Part shown: in pieces, positions 27,812-38,093 of the stretch | Position numbering within the stretch: the stretch's first letter is position 1 | Layout of the letters: each line of letters opens with the position of its first letter | DNA from: Candidatus Saccharimonadota bacterium | GTDB lineage: Bacteria > Patescibacteriota > Saccharimonadia > Saccharimonadales > SLHW01 | Direction: 5' to 3' | Length of the DNA stretch: 64,000 nt | Assembly: GCA_024635455.1 (NCBI GenBank) | Contig: JAGXIU010000003.1 | Coordinates: 133,772-197,771, forward strand | Program-made: the position numbers and the translations under genes | Notes under the pieces: generated by a model | What the model was told of the DNA's origin: nothing | The model's database searches: none | What the model saw: only the letters and a program-made list of their open reading frames with translations

Positions 27812-28705
27812 CTAGATATTTCGTAAGTAGCTGTAAAGCGAAAGAGCGGCCTTGGTGCCTTCGGCTGCGGCAGTGACGATTTGTTTGTCTTTGATATCGG
27901 TGACGTCACCTGCAGCAAAAAAACCTTCTACGTTTGTCGCGCAATTGTAAGGGTCGATGATGATTTCGTTTTGGGAATTACGCTGGACTGCCTGTGGAGC
28001 AATGGCTGAATTTGCTGTGTGTCCAATCTCGATAAAAACACCGTCTGTTTCTCGCTTTTGGCCATCGTTCAGCACGAGTGCGTTGACGTATTCATCACCT
28101 TGGATCTCCTGTACGGTTTGTTTGGTCAAGACGTGCACGCCTTTTTTTGCGGCGCGCTCCTGCAGGACTTCGTCTGCTTGTATGGTGTCGGTTGCCTCCA
28201 GCAATGTGACTTCGCGGGCATAGTCGGTCAGCTCGATTGCAGAACTAAAACCGGTGTTGCCCCCGCCAATAACCACGACGTTTTTATTCTGATAGACCGG
28301 TGCGTCGCAAGTCGTGCAATAGACGACTCCCTTGCCAGCATAGTGCTCTTCACCGGGTACGCCGAGGCGTTTCGGTGTTCTACCAGTTGCGAGGAGCACG
28401 GTACGCGTTAATAACGTCTCCGCAGCGCCGGTTCGTACAGTAAACTGTTGCTGGCCTTGCTCGATTGCAAGCGCATCGTCTTCACTGATGCAGATATCGT
28501 GTTGGCGTAAGTGGTCTTCAAATTGTCCGATTAGCGCGGCTCCCTTGATGGACGTTTTCCCTGGCCAGTTTTCAATTTTTCCGGAAAGCCCGACCTGACC
28601 GATAAAGTCTGACGTGAGTAGTCGGGTTTTGATTTTCTTCCGGGCGGCGTAAATTCCGGCTGTAATCCCCGCAGGACCACCACCGATAATTATCAGCTCA
28701 TACAT
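27812..28705 (-). CDS. trxB: thioredoxin reductase / AhpF C-terminal-like
   Basis: GGGPAG, CTTCD, GGGNTG, FAAGDVT. Confidence 0.85.
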   Translation of the reverse strand: MYELIIIGGGPAGITAGIYAARKKIKTRLLTSDFIGQVGLSGKIENWPGKTSIKGAALIGQFEDHLRQHDICISEDDALAIEQGQQQFTVRTGAAETLLTRTVLLATGRTPKRLGVPGEEHYAGKGVVYCTTCDAPVYQNKNVVVIGGGNTGFSSAIELTDYAREVTLLEATDTIQADEVLQERAAKKGVHVLTKQTVQEIQGDEYVNALVLNDGQKRETDGVFIEIGHTANSAIAPQAVQRNSQNEIIIDPYNCATNVEGFFAAGDVTDIKDKQIVTAAAEGTKAALSLYSYLRNI

Positions 28706-28710
28706 GACGT

Positions 28711-28938
28711 TTATAGCGCTCTTTGGAGTTTCTTCTTGTCGTAGCCAACAACGACTGTGTCATCAATAACGGTAACCGGGACACCCATTTGACCAGACAC
28801 TTTTTTCATCTCTTCCAGGGCGTCAGCATCCTGGCTAACATCTATCTCGGTATAGGCAACCTCAGCCTTGTCTAGCAGCTTTTTTATCGCTGGACAAAAC
28901 ACGCAGGTCGGCGTGGTATAGATGGTAATTTTGTTCAT
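28711..28938 (-). CDS. glutaredoxin-like protein (NrdH/YruB)
   Basis: YTTPTCVFC, GQMGVP. Confidence 0.88.
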   Translation of the reverse strand: MNKITIYTTPTCVFCPAIKKLLDKAEVAYTEIDVSQDADALEEMKKVSGQMGVPVTVIDDTVVVGYDKKKLQRAL

Positions 28939-29166
28939 TTATTTTAGTGTAGCGCCAGACTGTTCGGAGCGCAATATGATGGGCTGGCTCGCTGAAAGAT
29001 ATACCTGAAGCAACGGTGCGGTGATTGGTATACAATATGATTGAAAAGCACCCCGTGGTTGCTATACTTATGGCATAAGCGAAAATGCATCGTGTATGAC
29101 GCTTTGTGTGCCGGACGTACATATCAGTTAAGGGTATCTTTGCCGCAAGGTTAAAGGAGTATTTTT

Positions 29167-29568
29167 ATGATAGGGAACACGCTGGTTATCAGCATAATTG
29201 TCCTTACTTTTGGTGTGCTTGGGTTTGCGATATACAACAATCAATCGCGCTCAGAAGATGAGGTTGATTCTACAGTTGCTGATAGTAACATGAACCAGTT
29301 TGTCTCATGCTTGGCCGAGAATGAGGTAGTGGCCTATACATCAGAAACCTGTCCAGCTTGCTTTCGCTTTGCCCAACAATTTGGTGGCTACGAGTTCATC
29401 GAGCCAATAAATGTGGAGTGTAGCGAAAACCCCGATGAGTGTCAGCAGAATATGCAAACTGGCTATGTACCAGAAGTACACATAGACGGCCAGGTGCTCG
29501 AGACACCACCTACCCCCGAAGACTTATCTGCTGCAACTGGCTGTAAGTTGGCATCGGTTGAGCAATGA
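29167..29568 (+). CDS. membrane-anchored thioredoxin-fold protein
   Basis: TM; CPAC, VEC..C, YVP, ATGC. Confidence 0.75.
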   Translation: MIGNTLVISIIVLTFGVLGFAIYNNQSRSEDEVDSTVADSNMNQFVSCLAENEVVAYTSETCPACFRFAQQFGGYEFIEPINVECSENPDECQQNMQTGYVPEVHIDGQVLETPPTPEDLSAATGCKLASVEQ

Positions 29569-30743
29569 AGCTCCTCTACGGCTCACTAGCCTTCATACTG
29601 ATTAGCTTTCAATTATTTACGGGCGTCGCAGCAGCGCAGGATATGTCGACTGATCTATCTGAGGCGTCTGTCGGCAGAGAAGACAGCCGTGATCAAGAAA
29701 AATACGATGAGGTCACCGCCTATTACTTCGAGGACAAACTCTGCTCTGTCTGCTCGCAGCAGACAGAGTTTCTCGAGGCAATCGAGGATGACTACCCAAA
29801 CTTGACCGTTGTTCGCTACGATATCTCGGAAACTGATAGGTTCCACGAGCTGGCTACTGAGCAGAGCCTGGAGGATTACCAAATAATGGCGCCGACGACA
29901 TTCATTGGTGATGAATTTCTGCAGTTTTCGAGTTTTGGCGAAGTGGAGGAAGAAGCTCTGCTTGCTGCAATTGAGGGCCGAGAACAGTCAGCCGATACGA
30001 CCCTCCGCCTACCTCTTATTGGAACGAGGATAGACACGAGTACTTGGTCGTTACCCGTTCTGGCCATCGTGCTTGGTACTCTCGATGGTTTTAATGTGTG
30101 TTCTCTAGGTGCGCTTATTTTGATTTTGACCATAGTGCTAGCCTTTGACTCGCGAAAGAAAATATTCTTGTTTGGCGGATTATTTATCGTCACGACGGTC
30201 ATTGCCTACGGAGCCTTGGTTTTCGTTTGGGGTCAGCTCATCAATACGTTCATAGGCCAGTTAAGTATGCTTCGATTTATTGTAGGAATCGCCTCACTTG
30301 GTGGCTCGGTATGGTTCTTTCGCGAGTTCTGGCGCTTCTACAAATATGGCCCGACTTGTGAGTCATCGAACTCAAAGCTCGCTCAGCTTAGCTCACAAAA
30401 ATTAAAAAGTGCGTTCGAGGATCCCGGTAAGGGAACGATGATGTTAGGCAGCGCGATCGTGCTGTTCGCTATAGCAATAACTATCGTTGAACTCCCCTGC
30501 TCTATCGGTGTACCAATTGCCTTTACCGGCATATTAGTACAAAGCGGAACATCGCTGGGGATGTACACACTCTACATCCTGCTCTATCTGTTTTTCTACA
30601 TGTTGATCGAGTTGATAGTCTTCACGGGAGCAGTGCTGACCAAGGAGATATGGTTTGCTGGATCCAGGCTTATCACCTGGACGACTTTTGTTGGAGCCGT
30701 CATCCTGTTGCTTCTCGGACTGTATTACCTGCTTGCTTCGTAG
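29565..30743 (+). CDS. thioredoxin-fold + DsbD/CcdA-like membrane protein
   Basis: Signal, CSVC; TM domain with DGFNVC and ELPC conserved cysteines. Confidence 0.8.
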   Translation: MKLLYGSLAFILISFQLFTGVAAAQDMSTDLSEASVGREDSRDQEKYDEVTAYYFEDKLCSVCSQQTEFLEAIEDDYPNLTVVRYDISETDRFHELATEQSLEDYQIMAPTTFIGDEFLQFSSFGEVEEEALLAAIEGREQSADTTLRLPLIGTRIDTSTWSLPVLAIVLGTLDGFNVCSLGALILILTIVLAFDSRKKIFLFGGLFIVTTVIAYGALVFVWGQLINTFIGQLSMLRFIVGIASLGGSVWFFREFWRFYKYGPTCESSNSKLAQLSSQKLKSAFEDPGKGTMMLGSAIVLFAIAITIVELPCSIGVPIAFTGILVQSGTSLGMYTLYILLYLFFYMLIELIVFTGAVLTKEIWFAGSRLITWTTFVGAVILLLLGLYYLLAS

Positions 30744-30810
30744 GTTGCCTTACTGCATGCCTAGGCGCTGATGCGTGAGCTCGGGCTGAGGCTAGCTTTG
30801 CCGCGCGTAT

Positions 30811-32070
30811 TTAGTTACGGAGAGATTCGAGCTGTTCTTCGATGCGGAGAAGTTCGTTGTATTTCGCTAAGCGCTCACTTCGAGACATTGAACCTGTTTT
30901 AATTTGGCCCGTATTCAGTCCAACAGCCAGATGCGCGATAGTCGTGTCTTCGGTCTCGCCAGAACGGTGGCTCATAATAGTGCCCCAACCGTGGCTTTGT
31001 GCCAATTGAACGGCTTGGATGGTCTCGCTCAGGCTGCCGATTTGGTTTGGTTTTATCAGTATGGCGTTGGCGGCCTTGGTGTTAATGGCTTTCTCGAGTA
31101 GTGACGTATTGGTGACCAGCAGGTCGTCGCCAACTATTTGCATGGTCTCGCCGAGTTCTTTGGTCATAGCTGACCAACCGGACCAGTCGTTTTCATCAAG
31201 CCCATCTTCAATTGAACGGATGGGAAAATCTGTTTGCAACTGTTTATACCAATTTACGAGGTCATCAGCATTGACCTGCTTGTCTTCGGTCGATAAATGG
31301 TAGGCGCCATTGGTGTATAGCTCAGAGGCGGCTACGTCGAGGGCAATTTCTATCTCTTCACCAAAGCGATAGTTTGCTGCTTCGACAGCTTCGGCGATAA
31401 CTTCCAGCGCTTCTTTGTTGCCCCCGGTAAAAGCTGGTGCATAACCGCCTTCATCACCAACGGTAGTTGCGTAACCCTTGGCTGAGAGGACTTTACCGAG
31501 TTGATGAAATATATCTGCTGCAACGCGCACACGGTCCACCATCTTCTCGTGTGCTGTTGGCATAATCATAAATTCTTGAATGTCGGTTGATCCGGCGGCA
31601 TGCTTACCGCCGTTAATGATGTTTACCATTGGCCGCGGTAGCGTAAATTCACTCGAGCCAGCTAGTTTTCCAATGTATTCGTACAACGGCAGACCTAGTG
31701 AGCCTGCGGCGGCGTGAGCGGCAGCGAGTGAAACCGACAGTATGGCGTTGGCGCCGAGGCGTGACTTATCCTCCGTACCATCAAGCGATCGCATAGCCCC
31801 ATCCAGCGCTGATTGATCAGTAACATCCATACCAATAAGTTCGGTGGCAATGACTGAGTTGACTGCATCGACTGCCTGATAAACGCTTTTGCCTGCGAAC
31901 ACGTTCAGGTCGTTGTCGCGTAACTCGAGTGCCTCCCGTGCACCGGTTGAAGCACCGGAAGGCACGGCGGCTCTTCCGCGCGTGCCATCTTCTAGCGTAA
32001 TATCTGCTTCTACGGTGGGGAAACCCCGTGAGTCTAATATTTGTCGCGCGTGTATTTGTGTAATCTTCAT
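30811..32070 (-). CDS. eno: enolase (start likely 32070)
   Basis: ILDSRGFPTVE, VPSGASTG, GDEGG, SHRSGET, IKTG. Confidence 0.97.
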   Translation of the reverse strand: MKITQIHARQILDSRGFPTVEADITLEDGTRGRAAVPSGASTGAREALELRDNDLNVFAGKSVYQAVDAVNSVIATELIGMDVTDQSALDGAMRSLDGTEDKSRLGANAILSVSLAAAHAAAGSLGLPLYEYIGKLAGSSEFTLPRPMVNIINGGKHAAGSTDIQEFMIMPTAHEKMVDRVRVAADIFHQLGKVLSAKGYATTVGDEGGYAPAFTGGNKEALEVIAEAVEAANYRFGEEIEIALDVAASELYTNGAYHLSTEDKQVNADDLVNWYKQLQTDFPIRSIEDGLDENDWSGWSAMTKELGETMQIVGDDLLVTNTSLLEKAINTKAANAILIKPNQIGSLSETIQAVQLAQSHGWGTIMSHRSGETEDTTIAHLAVGLNTGQIKTGSMSRSERLAKYNELLRIEEQLESLRN

Positions 32071-32128
32071 GCCTGTATATTCACACACCGTTATCCTGTT
32101 GTAAATCTTTTGTTGGTATGGAACAATT

Positions 32129-33145
32129 ATGCTTATGGCAAGAATCGTTTTCTACGACGTGAACGAGCATGATAAGCAGCAGCTCGAACAGGCTTTTGTG
32201 GGCAGTGACCACGAAGTCATTATGGTGACCGGTGGACTCACACTGGATACGCTAGACACTCTGGCCGAAGTTATATCGGTATTTGTGAGTAGCCCAGTGC
32301 CGGCAGAGATTATCGAAAAAGCAGACAATCTGCAGCACATCGCATGTCGATCCACTGGCTATGACCATATTGCTATTGAAGCTGCACGTGAACGTGGCAT
32401 TAGTGTTTCTAATGTTCCTGCTTATGGTTCGCATACAGTAGCGGAATACGCTATGTCGCTGCTGTTACTGTTGTCCCGTAAGCTGGATCAGGCGATTGAG
32501 TCAGCTCACAAAGGGGTCACGGTACGTCAAGACCTGCAAGGATTTGACCTGTACGGCAAAACCATAGGAATAATTGGGGCGGGACGCATTGGTTGTACCT
32601 TGGCACGTATTGCAAACGGCTTTAGCATGCGTGTGCTGGCGTATGACCCCTTCCCGGCTGAACACCTTGCACAAGAGAATAACTTTGAATACACCAGCAT
32701 CGAGCAGCTATTGGCACAATCTGACGTCGTGAGCCTGCATGCCCCGTACACCAGAGAAAACCATCACTTATTGAACGCTGAGCGATTGTCTATGATGAAG
32801 CGAGGCGCTGTATTGATAAATACGGCCCGCGGTGAGCTGGTTGATAACCGAGCCTTGATAGACGCTATAGAATCAGGTCATCTCTACGGTGCTGGCTTTG
32901 ACGTACTGGAGGGCGAACAGCTCATTAACACACGTGAAGAGTTGCTGATGATCCGCTCAGAGGCGGCCGACCCAGAAAAGCTGAAGCATAGCCTGGAGGT
33001 TTCGGTACTGAAGAAACTGCCCAACGTTGCCGTGACCAACCATAATGCGTTCAATACACGTGAAGCGATAGCCCGCATTAATCATCAGACTGCCGAAAAT
33101 ATTCACAATTTTTTTCTACAAACTCCAAGTAATATCGTGTCATGA
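32129..33145 (+). CDS. D-isomer-specific 2-hydroxyacid (D-lactate) dehydrogenase
   Basis: RSTGYDH, NVPAY, GAGRIG, INTARG, HNAF. Confidence 0.88.
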   Translation: MLMARIVFYDVNEHDKQQLEQAFVGSDHEVIMVTGGLTLDTLDTLAEVISVFVSSPVPAEIIEKADNLQHIACRSTGYDHIAIEAARERGISVSNVPAYGSHTVAEYAMSLLLLLSRKLDQAIESAHKGVTVRQDLQGFDLYGKTIGIIGAGRIGCTLARIANGFSMRVLAYDPFPAEHLAQENNFEYTSIEQLLAQSDVVSLHAPYTRENHHLLNAERLSMMKRGAVLINTARGELVDNRALIDAIESGHLYGAGFDVLEGEQLINTREELLMIRSEAADPEKLKHSLEVSVLKKLPNVAVTNHNAFNTREAIARINHQTAENIHNFFLQTPSNIVS

Positions 33146-33786
33146 GTGAACTACCAGGAAAGCTCATTATTATCCGGCACGGCGAATCCGAGTGGAACGC
33201 CCTAGGAAAATGGACTGGTCATACCGACGTTCACTTAACCACAAAAGGCTTCCGCGAAGCTGCCATGATGGGAGAGTGTTTACGCGATATCAAAATCGAC
33301 TATGCCTTTATATCACAACAAATGCGTACCAAAGAAACTCTGGAGGGCGTGCTTGATGCGAGTGGTCAGTACGACGTGCCCTATGAAGTGCATGCTGGCA
33401 TAAACGAACGAAGCTATGGTGAGTACACTGGTAAAAACAAGTGGGAGATGAAGGAAGAAGTAGGAGAAGAGCGATTTAACGCAATTCGGCGTGGCTGGGA
33501 TGAGCCAATCCCCGGTGGCGAAACACTAAAGACTGTTTATCAAAGAGCGATGCGGGCCTTTCGTGAGGATATTCTGCCGCGCCTCAAAGGTGGCCAAAAT
33601 GTACTCGTTGTCGCGCACGGAAACTCGATTAGAGCTCTGATAAAGTATATTGAATCTGTTTCTGACGAGGATATCGGCACGATTGAGATGATATTTGGTA
33701 CCGCGCTCATCTACGTATTGGATGACGAGGGAAAAAGTATTGATAAATCCGTTCGTAGTATTGATACCAGTCTGCCACCCGCGTAA
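33142..33786 (+). CDS. gpmA: 2,3-bisphosphoglycerate-dependent phosphoglycerate mutase
   Basis: RHGESEWN, NERSYG, RRGWD, AHGNSIRA. Confidence 0.93.
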   Translation: MSELPGKLIIIRHGESEWNALGKWTGHTDVHLTTKGFREAAMMGECLRDIKIDYAFISQQMRTKETLEGVLDASGQYDVPYEVHAGINERSYGEYTGKNKWEMKEEVGEERFNAIRRGWDEPIPGGETLKTVYQRAMRAFREDILPRLKGGQNVLVVAHGNSIRALIKYIESVSDEDIGTIEMIFGTALIYVLDDEGKSIDKSVRSIDTSLPPA

Positions 33787-33846
33787 GTAAGCGACAACAG
33801 TTTGAGGCTGAGCCTGCGCGTATATTCGATACTGAGTAGACTATAG

Positions 33847-33874
33847 AAAAGAGCCCTCTCGTGAAGGGCTCTTT
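33847..33874. terminator. bidirectional intrinsic terminator
   Basis: AAAAGAGCCCT-CTCGTGA-AGGGCTCTTT between convergent genes. Confidence 0.75.
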
Positions 33875-33896
33875 CTTCGCTCAAGTCGTAGTTGGT

Positions 33897-34589
33897 CTAC
33901 TTCTTGTGCTTTTTGGTGTCCGCTGTGTTTTCGTACATCTGCTCGACGATACGTCCAGCTACCTCGCGACCACCAAGCCCAAAGGCTAAGGCTAATGCGA
34001 GTACAATTCCAGCTACGATGATAGTAACGTTGTTCGCAATGATAGTTGTATCAAAGCCAAGTTGGCTAAGTGCCATCAAAACTCCAAACACAAGTAGCAC
34101 GTAGTAGCTTATGTTCGCAATAGGGTTTGCGTAATCTACGCTCATTCGGCGAAGACCGGCTAAGATTGCATCACGTAGTAATCGTGCACCAGCAATGGTT
34201 ACAGTTAAGACTACCGCTGCAGCCAACACACTTGGTAGGTATGCTAATAGATCGCGAATTGTATCGCTCATAGCGTTCAAACCAAGCACTTCTGTTGCTG
34301 CAAGTGCAAATATTATTATGACAACCCAGAAAGTGATACGACCAGCTAGATTCGTTACATCTATATTTAGCTCGTTATCGTCAAGAGTTTTCTTGACAGC
34401 TTTGTTTTTCTGTAACTTATCTACATTTACGATTTCAAATACTTTGCGGACCAGCTTTTCGGCTAACTTAGCAACCAATGCGCCAAGTAGTACGAGTAGA
34501 ATCGCACCGAAAAGACTCGGCAAAAAGCTGCCGACAGCTTCCCAAAATTCGTTTGCTGATACCGATAATAGATCGGATAAATCGTCCAT
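33897..34589 (-). CDS. MscS-associated conserved TM-helix protein (CmpX-like)
   Basis: FLPSLFGAILL, YLPSVLAA, ALAFGLGGRE. Confidence 0.85.
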   Translation of the reverse strand: MDDLSDLLSVSANEFWEAVGSFLPSLFGAILLVLLGALVAKLAEKLVRKVFEIVNVDKLQKNKAVKKTLDDNELNIDVTNLAGRITFWVVIIIFALAATEVLGLNAMSDTIRDLLAYLPSVLAAAVVLTVTIAGARLLRDAILAGLRRMSVDYANPIANISYYVLLVFGVLMALSQLGFDTTIIANNVTIIVAGIVLALALAFGLGGREVAGRIVEQMYENTADTKKHKK

Positions 34590-34670
34590 CTTTCCTCCTT
34601 ACATAATTGATGTACTAGCTATAGTATAACTGTAGTGACCAGATAGCGCAAACCACCACTGGTGATGTAT

Positions 34671-35678
34671 CTATTCTGAATAGCTATCTGCACTTGTGCT
34701 GTGATGCTCTTCAAAAGGTATAGTTTGCGTCAGCTGCTTGGCCTTAATTTTAGCGGCTAATGCTGCAACATATTCATGCATATCTTTGATATCTTGTATT
34801 TCTGGAGCATATGGTGTTGGTATGTTCTCTGCGCCAACTGGCCCACGACATTCGTAGAAGGCCATACCTAGGCTTTGTTCGTCGAATAACATTTGTACCT
34901 GCATGCCTGCTTCATCATCTATCAGAGTTTGCTTTTGAGTAACACCTTGTTGGCGCTTTCGTATGTCATAAAGCTCAACGCTTGTCAGTTTAGCGTCATC
35001 TTGCGTATAAAATATCCATCCATCCAGTCCTTCATTATGCGAAAACTCATATCTAGCTTCTGTGTTAGATTCATTAGCGTGTTTACGTAGCGCATTATTA
35101 AGATTGGGAAAAACTTCTTCGTCGAGCAGATCAAGTTCTGCAAAATCTCCATAATTGCCGTCGTATATAGGGAATATTAGGCTTGCAATGCTTTGTCGTA
35201 GTTGCGTTTGCGGGATGGATATTGCAGTCTCTCGATCAGTAGTTTCATCGTAAAAGTATCCGTTGCCATCTTCGCCTGAGTTAGGGTTTATAGATACTGT
35301 TACAGTTGGAGTTTGGGTAGTGTCGCTATCGTTTTCTCGCGTGTATACGTTCATAGTAAGCACCGGAGATATAGGGTGATGAATTGAGGATGCGGTAAGC
35401 ACTGACACTCCTGTGACCTCTCTGGTAAGTAGTGAGTCAGCTATAAGTTGCGGCAACTGGAGGTCATGGAGTCTGTCGCTGTGAAAAAAGAACTCATATT
35501 TTGCAATCTCCGGTTCCCTCTCACTATTTAACAACGGGATAATTTCGACAGTTTGCTCGATCAGCTTGTTGGCTGCGCGTACATATTCTACGTCAACCTC
35601 GCGAGTCTGTTCTGTGCCAGCAAATATATCTATAGTTTCGTCATTTAAGTCCCGTTCGTGCATAAGTAAACGATACAA
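34671..35678 (-). CDS. hypothetical acidic protein
   Basis: 335-aa ORF, no recognisable motif. Confidence 0.65.
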   Translation of the reverse strand: MYRLLMHERDLNDETIDIFAGTEQTREVDVEYVRAANKLIEQTVEIIPLLNSEREPEIAKYEFFFHSDRLHDLQLPQLIADSLLTREVTGVSVLTASSIHHPISPVLTMNVYTRENDSDTTQTPTVTVSINPNSGEDGNGYFYDETTDRETAISIPQTQLRQSIASLIFPIYDGNYGDFAELDLLDEEVFPNLNNALRKHANESNTEARYEFSHNEGLDGWIFYTQDDAKLTSVELYDIRKRQQGVTQKQTLIDDEAGMQVQMLFDEQSLGMAFYECRGPVGAENIPTPYAPEIQDIKDMHEYVAALAAKIKAKQLTQTIPFEEHHSTSADSYSE

Positions 35679-35762
35679 TAAAACCCAATAAAAGTAAATA
35701 CATTTATATCGCTTGTGCTTTGTAGTATAATGCGACCATAATCATAATCAGGAGATAAATAA

Positions 35763-36308
35763 ATGGCTAAAGTGAACAAAAAACAACAACAGGCAAAAGC
35801 CATGAAGATATGGGGCCTGACGCGCATATCACTCGGTTTTGTGTTTTTGTGGGCTTTCGTTGATAAATTATTCGGTCTTGGCTTTGCGACCTGCCGTGAC
35901 GCTGCAACAGACGCAGTTAATGTCATGTGTGATAAAGCATGGGTTGCAGGAGGGTCACCAACAAATGGTTTTTTGAGCTTTGGCACAAGCGGTCCGTTCG
36001 CAGACTTTTATCAGTCATTAGCTGGTAATACACTTGTCGATTGGGCATTCATGATTGGCTTGCTCGGCATAGGCTTAGCCCTAATCCTTGGAATTGGCAT
36101 GCGTATAGCAGCCTATTCTGGCGCATTGATGATGATACTTATGTACACGGCCGCTTTACCTACTTCAAATAACCCAATAATCGACGACCACATTGTGTAC
36201 GCACTCGTACTATTAGGCCTGTTAGCACAAAACGGCGAACAGCGATACGGCTTTGCTGAGCAATGGTCAAAGCAGTCGATCGTCAAACGGTATCCTTGGT
36301 TGCAATAG
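35763..36308 (+). CDS. DoxX/DoxD-family membrane protein
   Basis: RISLGFVFLWAFVDK, GGSPT.GFL, NPIIDDH. Confidence 0.85.
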   Translation: MAKVNKKQQQAKAMKIWGLTRISLGFVFLWAFVDKLFGLGFATCRDAATDAVNVMCDKAWVAGGSPTNGFLSFGTSGPFADFYQSLAGNTLVDWAFMIGLLGIGLALILGIGMRIAAYSGALMMILMYTAALPTSNNPIIDDHIVYALVLLGLLAQNGEQRYGFAEQWSKQSIVKRYPWLQ

Positions 36309-36326
36309 ATTGTTATACTGCGGTGC

Positions 36327-36887
36327 ATGCAGGATAAAAACGTCGTATATTTACCCGGAGCTAGCGCAAGCTCGAACCGCGATTGGGTAGAGGAAATAGC
36401 AGCCGCTCTAACAGATAAATACCACTATTCGTACGCACATCGTTATCAGCATTGGCAAGACGATGATCAACAGATTGATTTAGATTTGGAGCTGGAAGCG
36501 CTTACCGAGCAGATTGCTGATGTAGAATCATATGGGCTTATCGCAAAGTCGGTCGGTGCTGTACTAGCACTGCGAGGTATGTATGAAGGCATTTTACAGC
36601 CAGAATACCTTGTATGTCTCGGTTTTCCGCTCAAGCCAATTACGCACAGCGATATACCGATAGAGAAATGGCTCAAGCACGCTGAGAATATCCCGATAAT
36701 TATCGCGCAAAACGTTGACGATCCATTGGGTTCATACGACGAAACGAGCAGTTGGATCAACCAATTCAATAAACGTATAATATTCGTGCAGCTGCCTGGG
36801 GAGACTCACGCATATGACGATTTTGTAGAAATTGATAAAATTGTAACTGGGCTGAATAAGTCGACTTCAGTAGAAGATAATACGTAA
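36327..36887 (+). CDS. alpha/beta hydrolase
   Basis: LPG, AKSVG nucleophile elbow, DDP, H. Confidence 0.75.
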   Translation: MQDKNVVYLPGASASSNRDWVEEIAAALTDKYHYSYAHRYQHWQDDDQQIDLDLELEALTEQIADVESYGLIAKSVGAVLALRGMYEGILQPEYLVCLGFPLKPITHSDIPIEKWLKHAENIPIIIAQNVDDPLGSYDETSSWINQFNKRIIFVQLPGETHAYDDFVEIDKIVTGLNKSTSVEDNT

Positions 36888-36906
36888 CAAACAGAAGGTG
36901 TATGCA

Positions 36907-37374
36907 ATGAAACATATGAAAATACTTATTATCGTAGTGACCGCACTAGCCATCGGAATCGCAAGTGCTGTTTATATAAACAAATCGGACACTAATAGCT
37001 CAAGTGGTACTTTTGATGACGCACAGACTGACCAAACAACTGCGCCTGCTCTTGGTGAAATAGACGATACAGATAATTCAGAAGAAGCCATAGAGCCGGC
37101 TGAAGCTTCAACGGTACGTATAACTGATGACGGCTTTCAACCAGAAACAATTCGCATAAGCTCTGGAACGACGGTAACTTTTGAAAATGCTAGCTCTCGT
37201 AATGCATGGATAGCGTCCGACACGCATCCTTCGCATACAGATTTGCCCGATTTCGACGCTGGACGTGGCTACTCCCCTGGTGAATCGTATACATATACGT
37301 TTGAGCAGTCTGGAGAGTGGGGATACCATGATCACTTACGTTCGTTTGTTACCGGGCTGATAATTGTAGAATAA
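36907..37374 (+). CDS. cupredoxin-fold surface protein (no Cys ligand)
   Basis: TM; GFQPETIRI..GTTVTFEN, ASDTHPSH, WGYHDH. Confidence 0.8.
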   Translation: MKHMKILIIVVTALAIGIASAVYINKSDTNSSSGTFDDAQTDQTTAPALGEIDDTDNSEEAIEPAEASTVRITDDGFQPETIRISSGTTVTFENASSRNAWIASDTHPSHTDLPDFDAGRGYSPGESYTYTFEQSGEWGYHDHLRSFVTGLIIVE

Positions 37375-37394
37375 TACGTGCTAATTAGCCCTAA

Positions 37395-37427
37395 ATAAAC
37401 CCGACAGACTACAGTGTGTCGGGTTTA
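37395..37427 (+). terminator. stem-loop, possible terminator
   Basis: TAAACCCGACA...TGTCGGGTTTA. Confidence 0.55.
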
Positions 37428-37451
37428 TAAGTACCCTGTTATTATATTGCT

Positions 37452-38093
37452 ATGAAGTTATACCTATCCTCCTACCGTATTCCAGTACCAGAAGCGCTCG
37501 TGTCCTTGGTTGGCCTACCAGCCGAAGAAATGAAGATTGCGATCATACCTAACGCAAAAGATTATTATGCTCAGCGCGCACAAGATTATAAAATCCAAGA
37601 GATAATATCCTACCAGCAAAGCAAAGGTTTTGTTCACTCAGAAGTAGTTGACTTGCGGAGCTTTACGAACAGTTCAGAGCTGAAGAAAAAACTAAAGCAG
37701 TTTAATCTAGTCTGGGCGGTTGGCGGTAATACGTTTTGCCTGCGCCAAGCAATGAAGCGTAGTGGATTTGATGCCATCATTCTTGAGTTAGTTGATAACG
37801 GTATTGTCTATGCCGGTGACAGCGCAGGTGCAGTCGTTGCTGGCACTTCTCTTGCAGGGATAGAGTCTGCAGACATACCAGCTTTTGCCGAAGAAGTTAT
37901 CTACGACGGTATGGCGCTTATACCAAAAGTAGTCATCCCTCACGCAGATAACGAATTTTTCCAGGAAGCTAATCAACAAACAAGACTGTTATTTCCTGCA
38001 GAAGATATTATTGAGCTCACTGATGCACAAGCACTGATAGTTAATGGTGATGATAAAAAGATTGTGTCTGCTGATATAGCTGAAATACACTAG
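37452..38093 (+). CDS. peptidase S51 (dipeptidase E-like)
   Basis: GGNTFCL, YAGDSAGA, IPH. Confidence 0.88.
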   Translation: MKLYLSSYRIPVPEALVSLVGLPAEEMKIAIIPNAKDYYAQRAQDYKIQEIISYQQSKGFVHSEVVDLRSFTNSSELKKKLKQFNLVWAVGGNTFCLRQAMKRSGFDAIILELVDNGIVYAGDSAGAVVAGTSLAGIESADIPAFAEEVIYDGMALIPKVVIPHADNEFFQEANQQTRLLFPAEDIIELTDAQALIVNGDDKKIVSADIAEIH

